The notes: generated from the sequence alone by a model not told the origin. Shown: positions 36,375 to 50,160, counted from the first letter of the stretch. The stretch is DNA of 64,000 nucleotides from Paraspadella gotoi (GCA_051294375.1 CM119267.1:21825486-21889485); one strand, 5' to 3'. Made by a program: numbers and translations.

Positions 36375-39300
36375 TCGCGTGATGTCGCATTCCGTCAAGC
36401 GGAACATATGTAAGCATTATCTTACGTACCGTTCCTTCAGCAAGGTAACGGGTTAAAGAATGTTTATGGCATTGTCTTCTGCCAACCGATTTTTTTTTTC
36501 TTTATAAAAAGGAAGCAACATAAATGCGTTTATTTTTCATAGTTTATTTTTATTTCTCATAAAACTTAATGCTTAGTGTATAACATATACCCAAAAATGT
36601 ATAATTATAAAGCGTTAAAGTAAAGGACAGGGGGACCACAATGCTATTAATAGTAATTAAAAGTATTAGAAAGTAATTTTAGGTAACTACTGCAATATGC
36701 AAATGAGGTTAAAGTCTCAATCGTAATAAATATATTGTCGCCATTTTTATATTTTATTTTTAGTTTTGTGCCTTTTGCTCAATAAATCAATCCAATCAAT
36801 CAAATAATACTGATTAATTATAAAGTTATAACGTTTAACATTCACTCAATACTTCAATTTCTATGATGCATTCTAATTATTTTAAGCAATGCTTATAATG
36901 TAATTGAAATCTTATGATTAACATCTTCGCCCGGATTAGCACGCCGCTCCCTCAGAATTTAAACAACCCACCGAATTGATCATGGTTGAATATGTAATTA
37001 TTTATATAACTAAATGATTTCCTAGATCAATTTACCCTAATTCTCGCGTCGTTCCGATTCGTTCAGCTTCGGTTTTCAACAAAATCAGGAAGTCTTCCGA
37101 CATTTGAACGTTGTTTTGTTTTGTTTTTTTTTGCTTTTCTATTTTCTGATTTTTTTTTCCGAGAATTTTTCGAGAAAAAACGTGAAAAATGGTGAAGAGG
37201 GTGAAAAGTATTAGTGTTTTTTTTGTTTTTGTTTTTGTTTTTGTTTACTACCTCAGAGTTTCGTTCTGTTTTGTTGTATTTAGTTGTTTTGTTTGATTTT
37301 TTTTCTATTCGAACCTAGATAGCGTGATTTGTTTTGTTTTGGTAGTTTTTTGGGGGTTTTTGTTTGTTTGTTTTTTGTTTTTTTTTGTACCGTATTAATA
37401 TCGTCTTTGTTTGTTTGAGAGAGAGCGAAATATTGCGAGGGACAAAAAAAAAGATCTTTTTGTATCGCTTTTAATTCTGCTTTTTTCGCTTTTATTTTTC
37501 GCTTCTCGTCGTTACCCGCCGAAAAAAAAGTGGGAGGCGTCTATCGTCGGGTTCGATTCGACGTTTTTCTCCCTCTTCGTCTCCCAAAAACGAACGAGAA
37601 AGAACGAGAGAGAGACAGAGATGGAATACGAACCACGCCGTGTCTTCTCTCTCCCGCCTTCGGAGAAAGACAGACAGAGAGAGAGAGAGAAAGAGAGTTA
37701 GCGAGACGGGATTTGTGTGTGTGTTTCCCGTCTCTCCGCCTCGTTTCTTCTCACCTCCCCCCCCTTTTTTTCGGAACCGCCGCCCACACCTCCGCCATTT
37801 TAGACCCGAGATATCCACCCCCACCAAACCACCCTCCCCGTTTGTTGAAGGGGGGCGGAAATGGTGGTAGAAACGGTGGCCCGGNNNNNNNNNNNNNNNN
37901 NNNNNNNNNNNNNNNNNNNNNNNNNNNNNNNNNNNNNNNNNNNNNNNNNNNNNNNNNNNNNNNNNNNNNNNNNNNNNNNNNNNNNNNNNNNNNNNNNNNN
38001 NNNNNNNNNNNNNNNNNNNNNNNNNNNNNNNNNNNNNNNNNNNNNNNNNNNNNNNNNNNNNNNNNNNNNNNNNNNNNNNNNNNNNNNNNNNNNNNNNNNN
38101 NNNNNNNNNGAGGAGGAGGAGGAGGGGCGACGTTCAACGAAGACGGACGAGCAGCGTCCACGATATTTTTAGATGGAAAGAAGAGAGAGGATTGGAAGAG
38201 AAGAAGAGAAAAAAAAGAATGAGAAAAAATTATAAAAAGAAAAGAACAAAAAAGGAAAAAAAATAAAACTAGAAATGGATGAACAAGAAAATAAGAAAAA
38301 ATGAAGATAATACAGGGGAAGAAAGGGGAGGAAAAAAAAGGAAAGAAAACAAAGAAAGAAAAGAGTAAACTAAAAAAATTAAGATAATGAGATTTAGAAA
38401 ATATTAAGATAATAGAGGTAAAGAAAAAGGAGAATAAAAGAAAAGAATAAATGAAAAATGAACTAAAGAAGATTAGTTAAGAAACTAGAATAAATCTCAA
38501 ATGATAGAGAGGATTAAAAAGAGAAAAATAATTAAAATAATGGTGAACTCAAAAAGAAAACATAATTTTTTTTTCTTCAAAAACCACAATTTTTTTGTTC
38601 TCAACAAAACCGAATCAGTCAGGCTTGTTAGGTTTCTACTAGATGGTATGTAGCCTCTTTAGAATCAAGGTCAAGGAAAAGAAAGACAGAAAGAAAGAGA
38701 AAGTAAAAAAAAATAAAAAGATACAAAGCTAGAAAAAAGTAAATGGTTTAAGTATGTTCTAAAGCGAGGTTAAGAAGTTTCGCGTTCCATTTCCCTAAAG
38801 CCCTAAGTGGTTCTGTTCGCAAGACTTTCGGGCCGAGGTTGTGACTGTTTTCACGTCTCTTTGTGATAAAGATTCTGCGAAAGAGTGAATAGTGAAACCC
38901 TTTAGAAATGTAACGGCCGGGCCGATCATTTTCTTATAAAATCTCCTTTTATCTATTGAATAGCAAAGTTCGATCTTTCAGGCCCCATGAAAGATCTTCT
39001 AGGCCCCTTTCAAGGCTCGTCTCGACCCCATTCAACTCTCTCCGAGGCCCCTCTCAACTCTCTCCAAGGCCCCNNNNNNNNNNNNNNNNNNNNNNNNNNN
39101 NNNNNNNNNNNNNNNNNNNNNNNNNNCATCTCTCTCATCTCTCTCTCTCTCTCTCGTCTCTCTCATGCACTCTCTCCATGCTGCTCCCTCTCTCCTCTCT
39201 CTCCTCTCTTCTCGTATCCTTCTCAATTCGCGTCTTCTCTAATCTCCACTTCTCACGGCGCCGGTCGTCGCCCATTTCTCGGCCGGGGCTCAATCGCGTT

Positions 39301-40511
39301 TCCGGCGTCCTTTTCCGGCGTCCTTTTACCGGCGCCGCGACGAGCGGTCGACGCCGAATCGCGTCGTTACGTTTCCCGGTGGCTGACGTTTATGAGGAGA
39401 GGAGGACGATGACCTCGAAAAGAAGACGACGACGATGATGACGATGAAGACGACGTTTAGAATGAGGGTGATGACAATGAGAACAACGATGATGATGATG
39501 ACAATGACAATGACGACGACGATGACAATGAGAAAGAATTGGAATATGACGACCATTTTAATCACGATTAGGATAACGACGGTAACGATTACGAAAAACA
39601 TTGACGATCATGATAGAGATAAAAAAATGACGAAGATAAATGATATGATGACTAAAAGGCTGAGGACTTAAACTCAATAATGATGACGATGACGACGACA
39701 ATGAGATAATGATAAAACTGACGATGATAACAGAGGAGAGCGATGACAATTTATAAAACCAAAAAAAATGATAATGATAAAAATTATGAAAATAATAAGA
39801 TCTATTAATGATTTTAAAAAAATTATAAATAAAAATGAAAAATATTATAAAAAAGACAATAATGAAGAGTCCGATGGACGTGGAGTTGAATTTCCAGCCT
39901 CAAGCAGCGATCCAGTTGGAGTCGCCACCAGATCAGTATATTTTTTTGTGACCTTTTATAGTAATTTTACTTACAAGTTACAACATTAGCTTTTTGTTAT
40001 ATTAAAACAAAGGAACAATCAAGTCAATAAAGTCAGCTGGTTTACTCTATTTATTTCCATCAGCTGATTTATTCTGTTTAACTGCCATTTGCTTCTGGAA
40101 AACTTACCTAAGGAAAATTAACTAATTGAAACGAGCTCTTAATTGCCTTGTCATTGTTAATGAACGTTTTTATTAATTCGTTAATTGTTAAATTTGCATG
40201 TAGATATTACATGAGCGAATTCGCCTATGGAATATCTACATGCTGTGATTATTTTATTAAGGTTTTACTAACCAAGCAAGTTGGTGTACTGATTTATTTT
40301 ATTGGCCAAGCAAAACAAATAGTAAACAATAACAATAAATAACAATAACAATGAAGAGAGTTTATATCCGACACAATCTCGATTAACGTTGGATGGCGTA
40401 TCCCTCGTCAATGTGACTCTATCTCGCGCCATCTACAGATGAACCATATAAAATCTATAAATTTTTTAAAGAATTTGGTCATTAAATATTTTTTGACAAA
40501 AATCTTAAAAA

Positions 40512-40546
<35 letters not shown>

Positions 40547-41927
40547 NNNNNNNNNNNNNNNNNNNNNNNNNNNNNNNNNNNNNNNNNNNNNNNNNNNNNN
40601 NNNNNNNNNNNNNNNNNNNNNNNNNNNNNNNNNNNNNNNNNNNNNNNNNNNNNNNNNNNNNNNNNNNNNNNNNNNNNNNNNNNNNNNNNNNNNNNNNNNN
40701 NNNNNNNNNNNNNNNNNNNNNNNNNNNNNNNNNNNNNNNNNNNNNNNNNNNNNNNNNNNNNNNNNNNNNNNNNNNNNNNNNNNNNNNNNNNNNNNNNNNN
40801 NNNNNNNNNNNNNNNNNNNNNNNNNNNNNNNNNNGAGAGAGAGAGAGAGGGAGAGAGAGAGAGAGAGGGAGATTTCCGTCGCTTGGCAACTGCGCCGGTA
40901 GCCAACGCTCTTTTTCTTTTCTTGTTCCCGAAGGAAAAGCAAAAGAAAAAAAGGAAACACAGAAAAAAAAAGAAAAGTAAAAGTTTAAAAAAAGAAAAGA
41001 AAAAACAGAATAAGAAAAGAAAAGTAAGAGAGCAAAGTCAGGGAGAAAAGAAAAGAGAGAAAAAAAAATTACCCCCTGAGGCTCTGAACGGACGAAAGAC
41101 GCACGAAAGCCAACATAAGAAAGACGCCAAAAGAAAAGAAGAAGAAAAGAAAAGAGAAAGAGAGAGGTGATTAAAAAAGGAAGGGGAGAAAAGGTGAGGA
41201 AGGAAAGAGAGGAGAACAAGAGAGGATAAACGTTAGAGGAGAGCGTAGAAAAGGTTAGGTGAAAAAGAAAGGAGAGAAGAGAGGAGAAAAAAGAGAGGAG
41301 AGAAGGTGAGGAGAAAAAGAGAAGAAAGTATAAAAGGTTAGGAGAAAAAGAGAGGAAAGAAAGAGAGGAGAAAAATAGAGGATAAACGGTGAGGAAGGTA
41401 AGAGGAGGGAATGAAAGATGATATAGATTGAGAAGAAAAAAAAGAAGATAAGAAAGTGGTAGTAAAACAAAAATAAGTGAGGTGTTAAGAAGCAAATAAG
41501 ACATTAAAGAAAGTAGAGGAAAGTCGAAAGAAGAGAGGAGCGGGGAGGAGAAGAAGAAAAAAATGCTTGTCTTTCACTTTTTTTTTGCGTCTGAGAATGA
41601 AGGTGAATATTAGGAAGGGAGAAAAGAGGCGGGGAGAAGACTGGCACGAGAAATTTGAAACCGTGGGAGAGGGGCGTATAGATTCGATTTACCTAATTCA
41701 TATTAATCAAAAATATGTGAAAGTAGAAGGAGGCAAAGTTTTGTTCAATGTTTGCATACTTTCAAGTTTCAACATTCTTCGACTTCGGCGAAAATGTCTC
41801 AAATTGTACATTCCATAGTTTTGTACTTACACGCGTCGACTTAACTTGGGAATAAATTTTTATTTTAAAGCTTTTAATGTCAAAAATTTAAACAATTTTT
41901 CTAAAATTCTTTACTGTCAAGAAAACC

Positions 41928-42001
41928 AAAGTTTCTTTGTTAACAAACAACGATTTTTATTTCAACATATAAAAATCGTTGTTTGTTAACAAAGAAACTT
42001 T
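41928..42001. repeat. Perfect 33-bp inverted repeat with 8-nt loop
   Basis: AAAGTTTCTTTGTTAACAAACAACGATTTTTAT-ttcaacat-ATAAAAATCGTTGTTTGTTAACAAAGAAACTTT. Confidence 0.95.
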
Positions 42002-42264
42002 ATTTTTTCTCTCTAAATCTGCAAACGCAACGAAAAAGAAAGTTCCAACCCAACGAATATAAATTCAAAGTATTTTACAATGTTAGATTCGCCGAGGCCA
42101 TCGCCTGCTTTTCGGTTGAACCAAGAAAAACAAATCTTTAGAACGAAAAAGTTGACCAACTTTCTGTACCTCGTTTCTCTTTGGCTAATTTCTTCTTAAG
42201 TCGGAAACTCGGGGGTCTCACCCGCCGCCTCTGCCATACCCTTCCTCCCTCCATAGCCCCAACC

Positions 42265-42520
42265 GGCCTTATTTTCCCAGAACGCCCCGTTTTGTTTTAA
42301 ATTAGGTTAGTTTTATGAATTAAATATTAGGTTAGAGGTTTGGGTTAGGGATTAGGGTTAGGGGGTTAGGGTTAGAAATTGTAGATAAGGGTTAAAGGAA
42401 TGGGTTTAAGATAAGGTATGGGTTAAAGAATAGTTTATAAATTTAAAAATATATTTAATTCGAAATGAAATTCTAAGATAAATGATAAACAAAAACTGGG
42501 CACTCTCGGAAAAGAGAGCC
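42265..42520 (-). mobile_element. MITE family T copy
   Basis: GGCCTTATTTTCCCAGAACGCCCC, GGGTTAGGG repeats, GGGCACTCTCGGAAAAGAGAGCC. Confidence 0.75.
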
Positions 42521-42788
42521 CCTTCAAACCAATCTCTCTGCACAACCCCGACCAACTTCCAATCCACCTGACCTCGTCGCCAGTGGCTTCGGCCTTCGTC
42601 GACGGACTAATTGCCATTTGGCGAAAATTGTGGTTCCGGCCGATCGGACGTTGGGAGGGGGCGGAGGGGGGGGGGCGTGGATGAGGATATGGGGAGAGCG
42701 TTTGAGGGAAAAGGGATGTGGAGTGGGCGTGGGTTGGGAGCGATGACCGCTCGTGGAACTCGTGGGCGAGTTGGAGAGAATTATAGAG

Positions 42789-42837
<49 letters not shown>

Positions 42838-43321
42838 ATTCTATTTTGTCCCACTTTTTTCTAAATGCAAAGAATGAATATTTTTTTCTTTATTCTTTAT
42901 TAACGAATTCGATGTCGTAATTGTTGTATCAGCCTTCGGTTTTTTTCTCAAGGCTATTTTTTTATGCAAAGGACGAATTCAGAATATTCTATGGTAGTTT
43001 GGACGATGTTTTTAATAAATAAATAAATAAATTAAATAAATAAATAAATAAATAAACAAGAATTATGTTTTGATGGAACAGTCAATCTAAACTAAATGAA
43101 ACTTAACTAAACTAAGCAATTGTAAACTTAATTGAACTAAACTACAACTTCGGATTTGTGGTAGTATTAAATAAATATCATCTTTATCAAGGTTTGATTC
43201 TAATCACACCCTAAATTTTCATTAGACATTCGAATGAGATTTTTTCCAAATTCGGTTCCACGAAATCGATCTTTTATCACCTACTTTCTCCGCTCTTAGT
43301 CAATGCCGTCTAATTACATCC

Positions 43322-43358
<37 letters not shown>

Positions 43359-44429
43359 NNNNNNNNNNNNNNNNNNNNNNNNNNNNNNNNNNNNNNNNNN
43401 NNNNNNNNNNNNNNNNNNNNNNNNNNNNNNNNNNNNNNNNNNNNNNNNNNNNNNNNNNNNNNNNNNNNNNNNNNNNNNNNNNNNNNNNNNNNNNNNNNNN
43501 NNNNNNNNNNNNNNNNNNNNNNNNNNNNNNNNNNNNNNNNNNNNNNNNNNTTTTGATCAAATATTTTACAGCACTTTTTTTTTCTTCACTACCATTCCCC
43601 TCGGCTCACTTTTCTTAATCCACTCTCGGTTTTCTCTCATTTTCCTTTCCTTTCTTTCCCTACCTCCTTTCCTCCTTTACCGCTCTCTCCTTTCCTTTTT
43701 TTCTCTTTCCTTTCCTTTTCCTCTTCCCTCACTCGCTTCTCCTTTTTTTCCATTTAGACGATTAAAAATCATGGAACTAAAATTTTTTTTCTCAATAAAA
43801 ACAGGAAAATTAAATTCAAAAGAAAACAAAAAGGAAACAAAAGAAAACACGTTATCGCTTAGAAAAGAAAACAAGAGATTTAGAATTCGGCGCCCGACGT
43901 TTGGTTTCCGATCGATCGAAACGAGGGGAACTACTAATCACTCTTTTCTTTTCTTTTCTTTTCTTTTCTTTTCTTTTCTTTTCTTTTCTTTTCTTTTCTT
44001 TTCTTTTTCTCTTCTTTTTGTAGTCTTTCTTTTCCTTTATTTCTTTCCTTCGTGGCTTTCTTGCCTTCTTTCTTTCTTTTTTATCTTTCCCCGACGAGTG
44101 AAGGCGATAGAATAGGACAGAGTTTAGGTTAAAAGGAATTTAAGGGGAAAGAACGGAGAGCTGAGGTGTGCACTTGTAAATCAGGGTCGAACAACCACGA
44201 AAGCGAAATATTTAAAAAGAGAGAAAAACTATGAATAAATACTTTTAAAATTTTACAAAGCAATTTAGAAAAAATTACTATATGAGACTATATTTAATAG
44301 TTATAAAACGTTAGATTGATGTAAATATGTAAATATTAGGTCTAGTAATAACGAGCTTATTTAATATATTGCTTTTTCCCTTGGGGAGGTTAGTGTTGTC
44401 TTCTGGAGATAGAGGGCGAATTTGAGATA

Positions 44430-46782
44430 TGTCATCTCCCAAATCCTCCGCCCCGCGGGCGGCTCTAGGGGCGGCCCCAGGGGCAGACTATTCCAGGGAG
44501 CAGCAAAATGGTCATTGAGGGGGCGCCCCCTCTGGATTGCCTTAGGGCCGCCCCAGGGGGTTCCCCCTGGGCCAACATTTTGGGTCTATTAGGGGCGCCC
44601 CTAATGCTTAGCCCCCTTGGGGCCAAAAAAAAGTCTGCCCCTGGGGTAACCCCTTGGGAACAAAAAAACTGCTCCCCCAGGGGCGAGTTAAAGAGAGAGC
44701 AAAGTTTAGATGAGAAAATATACTTTTATATTCTGAAAATATTTCTCCCTGTCTGTACTCTCTCTTTCTCTCTCCCTTTTTCTTTTCTCTCTCTCTCTTT
44801 TCTCTCTCTCTCTTTTTCTCATTCACTCTTTCTTTTTTTCTCTCTCTCTTTTTTTCTCTCTCTATAGATCTTTTTTTTTTCTCTCTCCTTTCAAGACTTG
44901 TTTTATGTAACTGAATTAAATATACATATTTTTCAAATTATTGTTAACTCATTTTTATTCCATATTTTATCTAAAAATTATAATATTTGTATTTTTAAAC
45001 AATTATTTTATTTCAGTTAAAAGATATAGAAAACAAGTTTTAGCAAACAATGTAGGACGTAGCCACACAAATTTAGTGGTAAAAAAGCTAATCAGTCATT
45101 TGTCTTCTTTTTTTTGTCTTTTTTATCTTTTCTTTTTTTAATTTTTATTTCTTTCTTTTTTGTTGGATGGACATTACTGATAGACTGATAGAGAGACATA
45201 ATTTAAAAAAAAAATTATTCATAATTTGATGTTTAAAAGAAATTAAATAAATCACCAAACAAAATAATGGGCAGTGACTGACAGCCTACTTAGTGAATTA
45301 TGGAGTCCCCCAAAAAACAATAAAAACTATTCATTCAACATTAAACGAGTTCTACATCGTAAAATAAATTTTATTTTATTTAAGATTTGTAATTAATAAT
45401 CGTCAGTTTGTAATGCTTAAGATGAACTACGTTGTAAGTAAGGGCTGACGATTTGAGAGAGAGAGTGAGCAAAACTTTATATCTAGCTCAATCACATACT
45501 TTTCTACCCACACACAAAATTATTCCAATCCATCTATTTTAATCACGAATTAATTGCGAGTTTAATGCTAATATGGGCATGGACTTAAAAAACTGATATT
45601 AATAATTAATCAATTAAATATTTTTAATTAATTATTTTTTATAAGTGAATTAAACAATTAAACCATCCTACTCTTTATTCTATAAAATTATTAAGATAAA
45701 ATTTTGTTTGTGGGTAGAGAAATTAAAGTTGAGTTTTTAATGGAAAAAACAAAAAGTTACTTTTACTTGAACATTATTAAAAAAATTTTTTTGCACTCTA
45801 TTTCTCTCTTCTTTTTTTATTTCTATCGGATTAAAATTCTTAATTAGCTAATTGTAAGTTGATTGTTGACCAAATTAATTAATTTGACCAAATTATCCAG
45901 TTGTCCAAATTATCTAAGTTGACCAAATTATGCAAGTTGACCAAATTATGACTGTTGACTAAATAAGCAAATAACCAATTTATACCAGTTGACCAATTTA
46001 TGCCAATTGACAAATCTATGAAATTGACCAAATTATGGCAAGTTGACCAAATTATGCGAGTTGATTTATTTATGCAAATTGAATTAAATTATGAAAGTTT
46101 TACCAAATATGAAAGTTTACCAAATTATTAAAGTTTACCAAATATTAAAGTTCTACCCAAATTATAAAAGTTTAGCCAATTATGAAGCGTTAACCAAATT
46201 AAGCAAGTTAACTAAATTTATAAAAAATTACCAAATTATGAAAGATTTACCAAATTATAAAAGTTTACCAAATTTTAAAAGTTTGATTAAATTATATCAG
46301 TTGACCAATTTATGTCAGTTGACCAAATTATGTCAACTGACTAAATTATGCCAAGCGTGACCAAATTATGCCAAGTTGGTATTGGTGCAGCTATTTGGTT
46401 CATTGATTGATTAATTGAAGTGAAAAATATTATTTTTTTTTTATATTTTATTGTAATGAAAGATGAAAAATAGAAAATAGATAAAGAAAGAGAGAGAGAG
46501 GGAGAGAGAAAGAGGAGAGTAGAGGGAGAGAGAGATGGAGGAGAGAGAGCTTGTTCCAGGGGGCAGGAAAATCCATCCCCCTGGGGGTAGCCCCAGGGGC
46601 AACGGTTTTTCTAGCCCCTGGGGATTCCCCCTCGGAGTGGCCCCTTGGGGCTCCAAAAAAGAGGGCTACAGGGGGCCGCCCCTTAGGCGTTAAGGATTTG
46701 CCTGCCCCTCGGGGCCGCCCCGCGGAGCCACCCCGCGGGCCGCCCCCGCACCGCCCCCGGGAAGCGATTCTGAAGGATGACA
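44430..46782. mobile_element. Non-autonomous foldback-like DNA element, copy B (~2.35 kb)
   Basis: Termini (TA)TGTCATC...GATGACA(TA). The GC-rich modular subterminal blocks are imperfect inverted repeats of each other. It has an internal 18-19-nt tandem array, no ORF, and is colinear with the copy at 20050-22809. Confidence 0.8.
45865..46380. repeat. Minisatellite, ~18-19-nt unit TTGACCAAATTATGCAAG / TTTACCAAATTATAAAAG, inside copy B
   Basis: Unit is visible throughout the interval. Confidence 0.9.
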
Positions 46783-46960
46783 TACTTGCGCGAATTTATA
46801 CAGCACAAGTTTAGAATACTTTCTGCTTTGAGCTTCTTATTAGATCTTTTTAATCTTGTCATAAAATAAATTGCATAATACGGATTTACATTTTAGAAAC
46901 TGGAACAAAGTTGAAGGAAAAGAAAAGAAAACTGCCGAGCGTCGAGTCATATAGGCCTTA

Positions 46961-47003
<43 letters not shown>

Positions 47004-48412
47004 AGAGAGAGAGAGAGAGAGAAGAGAAAGAAAGAGTGAGTCACATTGGATAAGAAGGAGGGAAGAAGAAGGAAGGAAGGAAGGAAAGAAGGAAGGAAGG
47101 GAAGGAAGGAAGGAAGGAAGGAAGGAAGGAAGGAAGGAAGGAAGGAAGGGAAGAAAGAAAAGAAAGAAAGGAGGAAAGGAAAGAGACTCAAATCTCGCGC
47201 GAGTTGAGAGGAAAATGAATGAGGATCATCGTCTGAGTCATGATGACTCTTTTGTTCCACTTCGATTCTGGTGGAAAAGATATATGAGAGAGAGAGGGGG
47301 CGAAAGTGTGGGGAGGGGAGAGGGATTAATTTGGCTTGGACGTTGGGGGGGGAAGGGAGAGAGAGAGGAAGGGAGGGAAAGAGAAGGGAAAGGTTAGGTT
47401 AGAGGGGATGAGCGGGGGATTGGGGGTGCGAAGGGGAAGAGAATGGGATTAATTTGTGGGGGAAGGGGTGAGGGAAGAGGTGAGAGAGGGGCATAAGTGT
47501 TGAGAGTGGGAGAATGGGAGAATGGAAGAATGGGAGAAGGGGAAAGAGAGAGATTGATGAACGAAAATGTAGGAGTGAAAAAGAGAAGGAGTGAAAAAGT
47601 GAAAAGACTAGTAAGTAGTAAGGCGGGCCAGAATTTAACATTTTTATCATATGAACAAGTCTGCAACAAAAGTCTTTTGTCCTTTTACAACCAAATTGAC
47701 TTATCATCACCATTATCATTCATTAATTTTGATAGTTTTTCTGAATTTTCATAGATAAATCATTAAAATTTCAAAAATTTGTAATAATAACCTTCATCTA
47801 ACTGTTTAAGCTCTATCATTATATAGCTCTGACATTATATAGTATTTGGATAATATAAAATGGCATCCATGAGTTTATCTATAAGATAAATCATATTTTT
47901 TTATTTTCATGATTTTTAATATTCCGCCCTAGTAAGTAGAATGATGGGTGGAAGAGGAGCTACGGGAAGGAAGTGAGGAGAAGGATTGGGAGGAAGTGGA
48001 GCGAAAAGATAATGAGGAGCGAAACGCGGGAAGATGGAGAAATCGGTCGAAAAGATAAAAGATGAACAAATGAACTGAAAAGAGGAAGAAAAGGAGAGAA
48101 TTAGAGGAACCGGAAATCGCTAATCAGAATCTGGACGAAGAAAAGAAATCGGACACGTCTAATTCTGCGCTGAAAAGAGAAAGAAATACTGGAGCGAAGA
48201 AGTAGAGGAGCTAAGGAGCAAAGAAGGAGAGGTGTTAAGGAGTGGGGAGCTAGAGGAGATAAGGAGCGAAGTGCTGTAGTGAGTTTAGGGCTGGAGTTGA
48301 TAAAAAGAAGAGAGAAGTGAAGTGAGAGTCGGAAAAGAAGAGAATGAACTGAAGTGAAAAAAAAGGTGAAGGTCCTCAACTCTTGACTGACCTCTTCCTT
48401 TTTTTGATTTGT

Positions 48413-48712
48413 TAACTATTCGGTCGGTCGGTCGGTCGGTATCTCTGTCCGTTGGTCTGTCCCACTTACATTAAAAATATTTAAAATTCATTTATTTCAT
48501 TCAATTAATGCTCCTTTGTTTCTTTGGCTGAAAACCTCGCATCTAAGCGAGTACTAGCGCTACCTTTTGTTTTTGAAGAAATCATTAAAAAAGAGTAAAA
48601 GATGTAATTCCGATGCGGCGAGGGTCAAACGCTAATTGGTAGTCACGTGATCAAATACGCGTGATAAGACATTCACTGCGGCGCAACATTTTTGAATAAC
48701 CGTTCTTGTTTT
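48413..48712 (+). mobile_element. HINE/DINE-like element (family H2), diverged copy
   Basis: (CGGT)n, GGTCTGTCCCACTTAC and CACTGCGGCGCAACATTTTTGAATAACCGTTCTTGTTT are shared with 51338-51700. Confidence 0.65.
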
Positions 48713-49110
48713 TTTTTCTCTCTCTCCCTCTCTTCTTCCCTCTCACTTCTATGTGTCTTCTCTCCTCCCCCCGCCCTCGAAAAAAACTCCCTCTTCCTCC
48801 TCCTCTTCCTTCTCCTCCTCTTCCTCCTCCTCCTCCTCCTTCTCCTTTTTAGTTTGTTTTCCCCTTTTGTTTGTTTTGTGTCTTTTGTTTACTTCAGCGC
48901 CAATTTCCGTTTTCCGCTCGACCCGATTCCACGCCGACTTCCGCAACCGGGCGCTTTCTCTTTTTTTTCCCGGAATTTCGTACGAGTCTCTCTTCTCTAT
49001 TTCCGGCTCTCTGTCTCTCTCTGTACTCTCTTTCTCTCTTTCTTTCTCTCTGTATGTCTGTCTGTCTGTCTCGTCCCTTTTCTCTTTCTTTCTCTCTCTC
49101 TCTCTCTCCT

Positions 49111-49161
<51 letters not shown>

Positions 49162-49268
49162 CCCTCTCTCTTAATCACATTCGGTCAATCTCTTTTTTTC
49201 TCCTCACTATCTCAATGAATTTAAAAGTGTTGTCTCTGATCTAAAAATTATTTTTATAAGTCTCATTT

Positions 49269-49312
<44 letters not shown>

Positions 49313-49351
49313 CTCTCTCTCCTCTCTTTCTCCTCTTTCTCTCTCTCTCTC

Positions 49352-49387
<36 letters not shown>

Positions 49388-49825
49388 CCTTTAAAATTCT
49401 TAAATTTTGGATTTTCACGTTTAAAAATTAAATTTTAAATGAGTTTTAAAAAAATTAATTTTTTACCAATTAACTTAGTTTTCGTAAACGAAATGACCTC
49501 ATGGGCCACAGTACAAATGCGCCCGCGGTTTAGTCTATTTCATATCATATTCTCTCTTTCTCTTTTCACTTTCTCAAACATTAAAAACAATCTTTTCCAT
49601 CAAAATGACGTTAGTCAATTTTTTTAAAAAAACTCTTCCTTCCTAACTTTTTCTCAAAATATATACAAAATATAATATGTACAAAATATAACTTAACAAT
49701 CGTACGCCATATAAATCTCTAGATCCTTGAGACCCCGCTCACCCGACTTGAAACTATCGCAAGAAGAGATAGAGATAGAGAGAGAGAGATAGAAGAAGAA
49801 AGAGAGAGAGAGAGAAGAGAGAGAG

Positions 49826-49859
<34 letters not shown>

Positions 49860-50122
49860 AAGAGAAGGAGAGAGAGGAGAGAGGAGAGGAGAGAGAGCCC
49901 CGGATGTAATTAGATGGCAAAGCAACTTTTTTGTGTGAATCTAATCATACATAAAAAGCAAACTAAAGTAAAGTCGAACCTTCACCTCAAGAGGAGATGA
50001 CCGTCAAGGACCCTCGTGAATTTTTCAATATTGTTAGGACTCTGGGAACAAGATTCTGCGGAAAGACTGCGAAACGGCGAGATAGAGAGAGAGAAGAGAG
50101 AGGAGAGAGAGAGAGAGAGGAG

Positions 50123-50160
<38 letters not shown>

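Noticed and set aside
42320-42430. True telomere or chromosome fusion site
   Set aside because: Repeats are short, degenerate and always enclosed by the same MITE termini.
45865-46380. CRISPR-like regular array and ORF 46091..46360
   Set aside because: Units are contiguous with no unique spacers, there are no cas genes, and the context is eukaryotic. It is a minisatellite inside a mobile element.
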